Source: a virus (taxonomy: Duplodnaviria; Caudoviricetes). From it: a DNA stretch of 64,000 bases. The translations under genes and the position numbers were made by a program. The notes beneath the pieces were generated by a model. It saw only the letters and a list, made by a program, of their open reading frames with translations, had not been told where the DNA came from and made no database searches. How positions within the stretch are numbered: the stretch's first letter is position 1; each line of letters opens with the position of its first letter. The stretch is from the IMG/VR virus record IMGVR_UViG_3300004448_000116, positions 2,188 through 66,187 of that record; one strand, 5' to 3'. Positions 45,856 to 55,700 of this stretch are shown piece by piece.

Positions 45856-48384
45856 TCACACGCCCTTGTAATACAAGTCGTGCTGGATTCCTTTTAGAAG
45901 TTGCGTTCCAAGTGACATTGGGAAACCTGTTTCGACATTATCGTCGCCACCAGTAGGATTCATTGCTTCGTTGATGTATCTTGCAATCCTTTCCTCAGGA
46001 GTTTCTGGTTCTGGTGGAGGTGGTGCATTTTGACCTTGCGTGAAGTCGATTTTAGGAGTATTTGCTTCAAACTTTTCATCACGCTTTTTACCTCTTTGGT
46101 TGAGGCGTTCTATCTGTGCATCAGGCTGAACTGCTCCGACTCTGTCGAGTGTGCTGTCAAAGGCTTGTGCTTCTGCGCTCTGCTCTTCCGTGACTGGCAT
46201 AACTGCTCCACGAGCCTGACTTGGAAGACCTTGGATTGGTGCGTTAGGGTCAAAGCCTCCACGCTTTGCTCCGACTTTAAGTTCGGATGGTGCGTTTTCC
46301 ATGTCCACGACATTACCTTGCTGGAAGTCCCGAGCAAGACCAGCAAGACCAGCAGTAGGTGCAGGAGTACCAGCCGCTCTGCGAGCACCCGACCTTCCTT
46401 CTGTGAGGGATTGGTATGCCAACTCAGCAGTGTTTTTCTCCTGAATCAATCGTTGTAAATCTGCTTCCATTCGTTCTTGCATGGGGTTCTTACGACCTCT
46501 TTGTCGCAGTTGTGCTGTTTTTTCGCCTTCTTCTGCAATCCGTTCACGCTGAGCATTTATCGCTTCTCTTTTTTGTTGAACCGTGTTCCTTGCATCATCA
46601 ATGTTCATTCCGCCTTCAAGTCCAGCACGGCCTTGCATAGCCTCTTCGATTTGTCGTTGCATGTCGCTTTGCACAATGCCTAACTCATCAGGTCTTTCTG
46701 CCTCGGTTCTTTGGTGAATCATCATAGCAGATTGAAGAGCGTCTTCAATAGAGTCGTCTGTTCGTTCCGTACCAAAACCAAATTGGCTGGCAGGGGTACC
46801 AAACATTTCATCAGCCTTATCTTGAGTCATCAAAGGTCGTTGCGCTCCTGCTCCATATCCTCCTTGCTCCTCAAATCTCTTCTCTTCTCTTTCGGCAAAT
46901 TCACGACGGGCCCTGTCATCAGTCAAGTCAATTGCATCAAGCCGGTCCATAGCGAAATTTTTGAATCGTTCAAATTCTTTTGGATTTGCCTGTGCCTTGT
47001 CTGCACCGAATGTGTTTAGGATTCGTTGGTCCAACCGTGAGGACTCTGTTTCAGAATCAGGCTTGCGTTGAACTACACCTTGTACATCGACCTTTTCTCC
47101 TTGTCCTACGGTGAGTTCTTGGAGGTCTTCTGCACTCATGGTTTCTTCATCATTTCGGTCTATTTGTGCAAACGCCGCCGCTAAGGTAGGATTTCCTTCG
47201 GGAATAGCATCGGGGAAATGCTCTCGCATCATTTCCACAGCAAGTTGTTCTTGCTGACTTGGGACAGTGACTTGAGGGAAATTGCGCTTTACTTGTGCAA
47301 GTACCTCTTCCGGTGTGGATGGTATGCTCTTATCTGTGACGGCCAGCCCTTGTGCGTTGACAAGGTTAGCCAATACATTGGGGTCTTCCCGCATAGCATG
47401 CAAGGCCATACCAATCTGCATTTGCATTCTTTCATCCCTGTCATCTTGAGTCGTAGTCTTTCGGTCAGCCATGTGAGGATAGCCAAACAATTGAGCCGCT
47501 CTTTGTGGCTCTCTGCTGATAAATCTGTGAAGGAATTTACTCATAGGTATTTGGTCCCGTGGCCCCTTCCGTGAACGGAAGTAAGGGCTGGCACCCGACG
47601 GGTCCTGTACAAGCATGTTGTGGCTAAGACCTGCGTCTTGTACTCCACCTTCTTCATTTTCGACGATGACTCTTTTCAACCGACCATCTTCGGTCAGCAC
47701 CTTACGAGCCCTTGCTCCGAGGCCGTGCTTGAAGCCCGGTGGAATAGCAACAGACTCGGCGTCTGGTTGCATTGGTGCAGACGGCTGTGCTTCGGCTTCG
47801 GTAGGAGCAGGGCGAGTAATATCGTCAAATGAAACATTAGCCTGTTCCATAATTTCCTTCCTGTCGGCTTCGCTAAGCCCTGCTTGCTGTATCAATTTCT
47901 CCAAAGGTATCTCTTTCTTTGTTTTAGGGTCAAATGTTTTGCCTCCCGTAAGGGCTTGGTTCATCAATTGGTTCTTTACCTCTTGCTTTGAACTTTCGTC
48001 GGTTCTTTCAGCCAATTCTTCGCCTAAGAACCTCATTCTTTCTTCTTCGCCCATGCCTGCAACTTTTGCATTCCGAGCGACTTGTCGCTCTTCTTCTTCC
48101 TGTTCTCTGGCTTGTGCAATCAAATCTTCGGCACTTAGTTCACCCGGTTCAAATGTGGGCTCATCACGAGGTACAGCCGTTGATTTAGGTTTTGCCTGAG
48201 CCTCTCTTAGGTCCTTGTCGTAAGCAAGTCTGGCATCAAAATTATTACGATAAAATTGCATGTATCTTTTAAGACTGTCGCCTGCTTTCGGGCCGACCTT
48301 TTTCTCGCTACTGGTAAAATTTCGCATGCCCTCTTCATCATCGATTTTCAAGATGTTTCCTTTGCGTACAAGTATTCTGCTCAT
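45856..48384 (-). CDS. Large charged helical/disordered protein, possible internal head protein
   Basis: 842 aa, E/Q/R-rich, in the head module; begins MSRILVRKGNILK and ends with QLLKG. Confidence 0.6.
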   Translation of the reverse strand: MSRILVRKGNILKIDDEEGMRNFTSSEKKVGPKAGDSLKRYMQFYRNNFDARLAYDKDLREAQAKPKSTAVPRDEPTFEPGELSAEDLIAQAREQEEEERQVARNAKVAGMGEEERMRFLGEELAERTDESSKQEVKNQLMNQALTGGKTFDPKTKKEIPLEKLIQQAGLSEADRKEIMEQANVSFDDITRPAPTEAEAQPSAPMQPDAESVAIPPGFKHGLGARARKVLTEDGRLKRVIVENEEGGVQDAGLSHNMLVQDPSGASPYFRSRKGPRDQIPMSKFLHRFISREPQRAAQLFGYPHMADRKTTTQDDRDERMQMQIGMALHAMREDPNVLANLVNAQGLAVTDKSIPSTPEEVLAQVKRNFPQVTVPSQQEQLAVEMMREHFPDAIPEGNPTLAAAFAQIDRNDEETMSAEDLQELTVGQGEKVDVQGVVQRKPDSETESSRLDQRILNTFGADKAQANPKEFERFKNFAMDRLDAIDLTDDRARREFAEREEKRFEEQGGYGAGAQRPLMTQDKADEMFGTPASQFGFGTERTDDSIEDALQSAMMIHQRTEAERPDELGIVQSDMQRQIEEAMQGRAGLEGGMNIDDARNTVQQKREAINAQRERIAEEGEKTAQLRQRGRKNPMQERMEADLQRLIQEKNTAELAYQSLTEGRSGARRAAGTPAPTAGLAGLARDFQQGNVVDMENAPSELKVGAKRGGFDPNAPIQGLPSQARGAVMPVTEEQSAEAQAFDSTLDRVGAVQPDAQIERLNQRGKKRDEKFEANTPKIDFTQGQNAPPPPEPETPEERIARYINEAMNPTGGDDNVETGFPMSLGTQLLKGIQHDLYYKGV

Positions 48385-48389
48385 TCATG

Positions 48390-48683
48390 TCACGCTCCAG
48401 ATTCATCGTGTGTTCCAAGATTGAAGTCCATTTTTTGATTACAGGTTCGACATTTGTCGACCCAGCAGAAGTACAGCATGCCGCACGCCTTACACCGTGT
48501 ACCTGAGCCGATGTTCATAACATCTGCGGCTTTACTGGTACGAACCCGTTGCTTTTGAGTGATGCCCTCTAACGGACGCTCTGTGTTAAACACTGAGCCA
48601 CTGCCGTAAGATTCTGCAAGCCGGATGCCACGCTTCTGCAAGCGTTCGATTTCTTCCAAGCCAAGGTTGTTCTGTGACTCCAT
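48390..48683 (-). CDS. Zn-ribbon protein
   Basis: CKACG...CRTC; SD GAGGCGA. Confidence 0.7.
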   Translation of the reverse strand: MESQNNLGLEEIERLQKRGIRLAESYGSGSVFNTERPLEGITQKQRVRTSKAADVMNIGSGTRCKACGMLYFCWVDKCRTCNQKMDFNLGTHDESGA

Positions 48684-48692
48684 TCAATCGCC

Positions 48693-48911
48693 TCAGACCA
48701 AGTAAGTGACGAGAAAATAATGGTTGCCAAGTGACATGAAAGGCTCGATAGAGAAAAGAGCGGTAGTGTTGGCGGCCGCTATTTCTGTACCGCCATTACC
48801 ACCTATTGCACGGAGGTCAGATTGTATAAGGTCAGACGCTGTACCATCGGCCATAGCCTTGGGACTGTAAGGACCAATGACCCGAGAGCCATACCCTTGT
48901 AAAAGTGCCAT
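48693..48911 (-). CDS. Small putative structural protein
   Basis: SD GAGGTGA; in the head operon. Confidence 0.6.
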   Translation of the reverse strand: MALLQGYGSRVIGPYSPKAMADGTASDLIQSDLRAIGGNGGTEIAAANTTALFSIEPFMSLGNHYFLVTYLV

Positions 48912-48922
48912 CGTTAGTCACC

Positions 48923-49255
48923 TCAAGAGCGGCGACCGATTACGAGGAAAGTTCCAGCCTTTGCAGTACCACCGGCTTGACCGGGAGTAATTGTGATTGT
49001 CGTACCTGCAAAGACTGCCAAATCAGTCATCTTTGTGACAACTGCATCGGATTCGTCCGCCGCCGAACCTTCTTCGACTGGTTGGTCGTGAAGGGATGAT
49101 GGATTGACGATGATTGCGTCGATGCTGGAAAGCCTGTCTGCCAATGCAATAGTCACTGCACCTGCACCATCTCCAGCAGTATAACTGCCTGTGACAATCA
49201 TTCGGTCACCGAAAACGGTTGGTCGAGGGTCGATTGTTGCTGTTGTGTTTGCCAT
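48923..49255 (-). CDS. Putative capsid decoration/minor structural protein
   Basis: Beta-rich, Thr/Gly/Ala-rich, TAATG coupling, SD GGAGATGA. Confidence 0.55.
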   Translation of the reverse strand: MANTTATIDPRPTVFGDRMIVTGSYTAGDGAGAVTIALADRLSSIDAIIVNPSSLHDQPVEEGSAADESDAVVTKMTDLAVFAGTTITITPGQAGGTAKAGTFLVIGRRS

Positions 49256-49674
49256 TATTGTTCATCTCCTGTTGTTGGTTCTGGTTGTGCCTCTGCGGGT
49301 TCTTCTGCGACTGGCGCAGGTTCTTCCGGCTCTGGTACAGGCTCTGGTGCGGGTTCTGGGTTAAGAACATTTTCGACCATGCCAAGGAGGGTGCCTTTGG
49401 TTGCGTACTTACCAACCGTTGCACCGTTGTCCTTTAGCCAAGCCGTGATGTCCTTTCGTGTCCAGCCCTCATCAGGTAAGCCATCTTCACCGAGGTCTGT
49501 GGTCACAGGTTCTGGATTGTCGCCTTCGATTATCCACCATTTGGCAGAGAACCGGTGACGGTATTCGTTCAAGAACTCCTGTGTCACTTCCAATGGTTGC
49601 TGGCGAATCGCCACCAATCGTGTACAAGGAACCCTTCGTTCATAGAAGGGACCCAGTGAAGTCACCGTAGGCAC
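49255..49674 (-). CDS. Protein with HeH/LEM-like domain and Pro/Glu tail
   Basis: 'WTRKDITAWLKDNG....ATKGTLLGMV'; GTG start with SD GAGGTG. Confidence 0.6.
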   Translation of the reverse strand: MPTVTSLGPFYERRVPCTRLVAIRQQPLEVTQEFLNEYRHRFSAKWWIIEGDNPEPVTTDLGEDGLPDEGWTRKDITAWLKDNGATVGKYATKGTLLGMVENVLNPEPAPEPVPEPEEPAPVAEEPAEAQPEPTTGDEQ

Positions 49675-49683
49675 TTAACCACC

Positions 49684-50097
49684 TCAAGATACGATGGCCA
49701 TAAAGCCAGTACTGCCGGTTAAATTGCCTTCACAAGCAAATGTGATTGCCGATGTTCCGAGCCCTGCGTCCACTGAGCAAGAAGTCGATGCGACTCCTGA
49801 GCCGCCGATTACGATTGCGTGAACCGTGTCTGAATCTCCGCCGATAGTCATTACATTGTTGTTCTGCACCAAAGTGCAAGTCCCAACAATCAATTTGAGG
49901 CCACGGCCTGCTGTGTTGGTTGTGTCGTCATTGGTTGCTTGGAAACCAGTGATGCTACCGGGGTATGCACCGGTTGCACCAGCGGCACCATCAAGCCAGC
50001 GTATGCCGTCGTTGAGGGCACCTGCATAAAGGTCCAATTCAAAATCGACGGTCATTACGCCGCCTGCGCCTGTTGTTCGTGTAAAAGTTGTTGCCAT
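49684..50097 (-). CDS. Putative capsid decoration protein
   Basis: Directly after the MCP gene, Gly/Thr-rich, SD GGAGATGA. Confidence 0.55.
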   Translation of the reverse strand: MATTFTRTTGAGGVMTVDFELDLYAGALNDGIRWLDGAAGATGAYPGSITGFQATNDDTTNTAGRGLKLIVGTCTLVQNNNVMTIGGDSDTVHAIVIGGSGVASTSCSVDAGLGTSAITFACEGNLTGSTGFMAIVS

Positions 50098-50136
50098 ATT
50101 TGTTCATCTCCATATTTTTTTTGTTCACCATCAATC

Positions 50137-51321
50137 TCAAGACAAATCTCGGATTGAACCATGACCTCCAAAGAAAGTTGTCCAGACTTCACCCATTGTT
50201 CGGTAAAGTCCCTCTTGTCCGAGGCGGTTAATGGCGAATGGGTCACCGGTTTCAATACCAGACTCGTAGTACTGAGTTGGTTTTGCAACACTAAAGTGAA
50301 GGTAGTCAGTGTCCAAGAAGTACATTCGGCTGATACCGTCTGCTGTGACATCCTTGGATGGAATGATTGGGACACCGTTGTAGGTAGCGACGATGAATCC
50401 GGCTTCGATACCGGGGACACCCTTGACGCCGCCCATGGTTGGGGTCACACGCTTTTCTTCCATGAACCGCTGTTGGCTCTGGAGGAGTTGTTGCAGGCGC
50501 ATCAAAGTGTCATATCCTGTGAGGATGACCTTTGGATTGCCACCACGGACCCAAATCTTCTGGAAGATGTCGTCGATGTGGTCGAGGCTGAGAACACGCT
50601 CAGTCAGCGAAGCGTCAGTTGCGACATTGACTTCTGCGTTGGACCAAGAGTTTCCACTTCGGTCGATGCTGTAAATGTCAAGGTCAGATGCGGCGCTCAC
50701 ATGCGCAGTGTGAGTAGTGGAAGAGCCACCGCTCACGGTTGCGGCATATCCAGTACCGGTTGCGTCCATGGTGCTTGAAGCAGTGATTCGGTCCAAGGAC
50801 TCGTAATCGTTGCCAGCAGGAGTGTCAACATCTTGCAAAAGCATCTTGTTGATTTCCTCTGCGTGGTGCTTGCCCATTTCCTCTTTGAGGACGGAGCGGA
50901 TGTCACCAAGACCGTCATCCTTGTCGTTAAGGAAGATTGCAACTTCGCTCATGTCGAAGGTGTGTGCAATGGTCTTTGGCTTTGCGGCCACATGTTGGAA
51001 GACAGGCTTGGTGGTTTCTGGAAGTGTTCCATTCTCAGCAATGCCGCCACCCTTGGATGAATCAGGGCGAGCGGTCACGACACGCCATCCAGAGCGGTCC
51101 CAAGGTTTCTTGGGCAAAATGCTGAATGCGTTGAATTCTTGGTTGAGTTGGGACCACACTTTGCGTCCGTAGATTGCTTGGTAGGTACCAGCAGTCGTCG
51201 AGAGCATTGGTGCGTCAGCCTTCAGAAGTTCACTACCGGAGTATGCGTAGCCCATGTTTGAGCCTGCACCGTAGTAGTAGCGTTCCATATCGTTAATTGT
51301 TCGTAGGTAGTTTCGTGCCAT
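50137..51321 (-). CDS. Major capsid protein (HK97 fold)
   Basis: 394 aa after the protease gene; 'GGIAENGTLPET', 'AKPKTIAH', 'TYNGVPIIPS', 'HGSIRDL'; strong SD GAGGAGG. Confidence 0.9.
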   Translation of the reverse strand: MARNYLRTINDMERYYYGAGSNMGYAYSGSELLKADAPMLSTTAGTYQAIYGRKVWSQLNQEFNAFSILPKKPWDRSGWRVVTARPDSSKGGGIAENGTLPETTKPVFQHVAAKPKTIAHTFDMSEVAIFLNDKDDGLGDIRSVLKEEMGKHHAEEINKMLLQDVDTPAGNDYESLDRITASSTMDATGTGYAATVSGGSSTTHTAHVSAASDLDIYSIDRSGNSWSNAEVNVATDASLTERVLSLDHIDDIFQKIWVRGGNPKVILTGYDTLMRLQQLLQSQQRFMEEKRVTPTMGGVKGVPGIEAGFIVATYNGVPIIPSKDVTADGISRMYFLDTDYLHFSVAKPTQYYESGIETGDPFAINRLGQEGLYRTMGEVWTTFFGGHGSIRDLS

Positions 51322-51334
51322 ATATTATTCCTCC

Positions 51335-52747
51335 TCATTCAAATGCTTTTCCCGCAAGACTGTGGACTTCGTCCCAAGACATGTTTGCGAGGTCTTCAGT
51401 TGAAGGGACATTGATGGATGGTGCGGCGGCCGACTTGCGGATGCTTGCACCTTCGGCGGAGCCGAGGTTGTCGATGCGACTGCTCAAGGAGGCAATTGCC
51501 TTCTCGATAGAAGCAAGTGGTTGGCGTGCATCAAAATCTTGAGCACGGCGGGATTCGACTTCGTGAGTCTGTTCCTTGGCGAGTCGGTCAGCGAACACAT
51601 TTCCAAGAGAGGACTTGAGTTGCTTTTCGATGGATGCGGCCTTGTAGGCTTCGTATGCCATCTCGACTTGAGAGGAGGTGAGGTCGGCTGGGTGAAGGTA
51701 GCCCTTTGCAACATCTGCTTTGGAGCCACTGTTCAGGGCGCTGATTGCACCGGTTGATGGGTTGCCACCTTCTTGGGCTCGTCCACGGACTTGTCCAGCG
51801 AAGTATTCAGCACCGTCAACGGACGATGGGTTGTCGAAGCCACCAAGTTGTGCCTTCTCCAAGTTGTCGAAGTGGGAACGAGCGTTAGCAGTGTCAACAC
51901 CGCCAGCCTTGAGTGTGTTCTCCATCCAGTTGAGGTAGTCAGATGAGATGACATCGCTGTATTCGGATTTTGCGGCCATGTCTTGGTCGCCACCGTACAT
52001 TTTGTCTTCCTTGTCCTTGTCTTCGGACATTTCTTTGCCCTTGTCTTTGTCCTTGTCTTCGGAAGATTTGTCTTCATCTTTTTCTTCTTTCTTATCGTTC
52101 ATGGCCGCAAATGGGTTGACGCCTTTTTCACCCTTTTCCATTCCATCAAGTCGCATGTTAATTCTGTCCAGTACGGACGAAAGTTCATTCATTGTTGTAT
52201 CTTCTGTCATATTCGTGTCCTCCTTCAAAATTCTGAAGGTTGCTTCTGGGTTGATACCCTTTTCGCAAATCGTCACTTCGTGGAGTTCTAACTTGGAGAT
52301 TTCAGTGTAATCTCCATGCTTTGAATCGGATTTGTTGACACGCTTGAAAGCCTGTCCTCCGATACTGAACCCCCGTAGGGCACCCTTGCGAATTTCATTG
52401 GCCACTTCTCGGGCCTTTTCGATGTCATCACGAAGTTTGATGACAACAAAGAGCCCGGCATCATCAACGCCGGATTTCCAAAGTCGTCCACTGCTATCAG
52501 TGTAAGAGTCGATAACCGACCCGACTTGGATGTTGGAATGTGCGAGTTGCACATTGCGGAAGTCTTCTGCTTTCATGAATCCACCAAATGCATCCTTTAG
52601 TGCATTGCGGGTGATGAGGTCGCCTTGCTTGTCGACCATTTCGACGGAAGCATATCCTGCGACGACAAGGTCCTGACCACTCTTCAGAATAGAAATACTA
52701 CCTTCTTGGGAGAAGGGAGTGGTTCTGAGGGAAGTCGCCATGACCAT
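51335..52747 (-). CDS. Prohead protease fused to a scaffold-like C-terminus
   Basis: 'VAGYASVEMVDKQGD', 'LAH', 'GFSIGG', 'LHEVTICEKGINPEA'; acidic and coiled-coil tail. Confidence 0.88.
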   Translation of the reverse strand: MVMATSLRTTPFSQEGSISILKSGQDLVVAGYASVEMVDKQGDLITRNALKDAFGGFMKAEDFRNVQLAHSNIQVGSVIDSYTDSSGRLWKSGVDDAGLFVVIKLRDDIEKAREVANEIRKGALRGFSIGGQAFKRVNKSDSKHGDYTEISKLELHEVTICEKGINPEATFRILKEDTNMTEDTTMNELSSVLDRINMRLDGMEKGEKGVNPFAAMNDKKEEKDEDKSSEDKDKDKGKEMSEDKDKEDKMYGGDQDMAAKSEYSDVISSDYLNWMENTLKAGGVDTANARSHFDNLEKAQLGGFDNPSSVDGAEYFAGQVRGRAQEGGNPSTGAISALNSGSKADVAKGYLHPADLTSSQVEMAYEAYKAASIEKQLKSSLGNVFADRLAKEQTHEVESRRAQDFDARQPLASIEKAIASLSSRIDNLGSAEGASIRKSAAAPSINVPSTEDLANMSWDEVHSLAGKAFE

Positions 52748-52780
52748 TACCCCACGATACGACGGTCATATTATATTAAG
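52748..52780 (-). promoter_or_regulatory. Putative promoter of the capsid operon
   Basis: Minus strand reads CTTAATATAATATGACCGTCGTATCGTGGGGTA-ATG; AT block at -30 to -22. Confidence 0.55.
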
Positions 52781-55700
52781 AGGTATGATACACGGCTTTG
52801 TCCTCTGTGAGTTCTAAATCAGAACTCAGTGCGCTGTTTTTATCAACTTCTTTTTTGTCTTCGGCCTCGTCTTTCTTGTCCCTTTCAATATCACGCACAT
52901 CGTAGTCAGGCATGGTGTTGCTATCGTCAAGGTTTGTGGGGCCGCCGGGTGATTGCAGGCCAGAGCCATAATCAAAAGCGAGTCCCTTTGCTCCAGAGTT
53001 ATCCCCGCTTACGGCACCTGCACTGCTCTTGGCAAGCAAACGCATAGCAACTTCAAGTCCCTTAGCCATGACTGCTTTCTTTTTCCAGTCCGTGTCCTTG
53101 ACCTTCTTAGGTTCAATGAGTGGTTCGGCATCATCTTCGGATTCGTGCACCTGTGCCTTTTCTTCGATTTCCATGTTGGCCTTCAACAAGATGCCAACAA
53201 TTGGTGACCAGAATGGGCGTTGGCTTTCTGAAAGCCGAATCAGATAACCGTTATCACTGCGTGGCGTGTGGACTGCCCAGCCTACTTGTGTTTGCGTAGC
53301 CTTGTACAAAACAGAACCCTCATTCATTTCAATACGAACAAGGTGGCCCTTTCTAAAAATTTCAACTCCGTGTTGGTATGGTTCAGCCTTAGCAAGAATT
53401 CCAAGGGAGTCACTGCTGACGAGGGGGTCGCCTTCCGCTTCACCTTCGATTTTAGATGCATGTACCGTGTACAACTTCTGCTGTTCAGACGCCTGAGTTT
53501 CGGTCACATTGGTGACATCGACCTTCACCAAGTCACCGACATTGTACTTGTCTTCACTTTCAAAAGCCGCTCCAACATCCATGTAATCTTCATCTTCGTA
53601 CTTGACTCTGCGGTCACCCAAGTCTTCACCGTGTGCAACAGGTCCGGTTCCAAGTCGGTATGTGTAAGGCCCGTCACCTCGGCGGTCAAGGACCATGAGC
53701 ACAACTTCTGTGCCGCTTTGCAACATAACCCACTTTGGGTGACGAGGCTCTCCTTTCATGTAAGCCGACTGAGCGTCACGCATGAGAATGCGGTCAGTAT
53801 CGAGAGCCTTGACCGCAGAAGCAAGACCGTCGTCGTCAGTGAGTTTTGTGTCAGATGCACTGGGCACATGCACCATCTCATAACTTTCCATGGCACCACG
53901 AAGAATCTTGATGCGCTCTTGAACCACCATTTCGTAGGCTTTTTCATCGTCGTATTCAACAACATCGAAGATATGCAATACATCCTTGCCACGGATGACA
54001 TCAACGATGTACTGCTTATCACTGACTTTTTTGAAAGCATCTTTCTCTTCATCAGAAAGAGTAGCCTTAGAGAAAATTTTGCCCTCTTTGTGACCAACGA
54101 AAAACCGCTCGCCTTCTGGGAATGCACTTACAATCCAGTCGCCAGTGAACCCACGAAGATGTTCCAAATCACTCAGTTCAAAAATACGATGCATAGGTTG
54201 CAAAGATGGAACGCCCTCTGGCATGTCCTTCCTGATGACATCAGGATTTGTGAGCGAGGCAAGAAGCGAAGGGCCGTCCATCTTATTGTGCTCTGTACCC
54301 TGACCGCTATATATTGTTCGGTTTGCAGAATTAGGTAGCATAGAATGAGGCATGCTGTCCAGAGTGTGAGCACCCTTGTGCGCTGGACCGAATGCAGAAT
54401 GATGTTCTGGTGGAGCAAGGGCCAGCACTGAGGGCAGTGTCGGAGTAATCAATTGCATCTTTTCTGGCTTATCCTTCTTGTACGCTGTCATTTCTCCTGT
54501 GGTATGGTCGATGTGAAGACCAAGTGGTACGGTGTGGTTGCGGCTACCCTCATGGTATCTGAGCGAAGGAGAACTGTAAATGGCCATGGCGGCATTTGTG
54601 TCATGGCTACCAAGGGCACCTATCTGTTGTAATTCTAACGCATGGTCTTCTCGCATACTGTGAGTCTTTCGCTCGTGTTGTTCATCAACTGGTCGAGAAA
54701 CAAAACCAGAAAGTGTCGAAAGCAAACCGAGGATGTGCTGGTCGTGTTTTGTGACTTGGTCCGGTTTTTTGTACCGTTTAGGTACCTGCAACTCTGGCTC
54801 GCCTGCTTTTCTGCGGCGTTTGTTCTCTGTTTCAAAATATGTTGGAGAAAGTTGATGTGCGGAGGAATGGAGGGGGTGATGTGACAAAAAATTGTCTTTC
54901 ATTGCGGGTCTGTTTTTTGTCAGGTTCTCAAATTGTGTCAAAGTCTGCATAATCTTGCGTCGACGGTTGAACCTATCCGTCCAACCTTTGTCCTGTGCGT
55001 GCAGAGGATGGATGTTCGTGCCCTTAATATGCGAAGGCTTCGCTTCCTTTCCACGGGACTTGCGCCTTTTTGCCCCTGTAAGCAACAGGTTTTCCAAAGG
55101 TACATTGTCAGCAGACTTGGTATTTCCCATCGGATGTCTATCGACGATTTTGTCACCGATTTTCCTAAAACTCATTTCATCTTTCAGATAAGTCGGCAGA
55201 CTGTCACCGAACTTTTGACCGTACACTTCATCCGACATTCCGCCCATCCTGCGAATAATTTCTTCCGAAGGGACGACCATGAATTCCCTACCTATTTTGT
55301 CTTCGGCCTTGTTTTTCGCCATGAGTTGCCGTTTGACTTCTATGGCGTGCTCGATGACCCCTTTGTCAACATTGTTCTCCACGACCTCGTTCCCGTCCTC
55401 ATCCTCAACCAGTTCTGTCAAATCCAATTTTCTAAGCCACTCGGCATCTGTCAGACCACTGGGGTTAAGTTTGTACGGGTTCGTTTCCAACATATTGACA
55501 AGCATATTTTCGTGCGATACGCCCTCACCCGGATTTTCTTCTTCTACTTGCCCAACAACGGGCATCATAGCCCCGATTTTATGACTTCCATGTGGAGCAA
55601 CATTGAGGAAGGTATTCCCTTGCATCATCAGCCAAGCGACCGCTGTGTCAGGCCGTGGGTTTCCAAATTCATCCTTGAACATTTCAAAGGGGTCAAAGCC

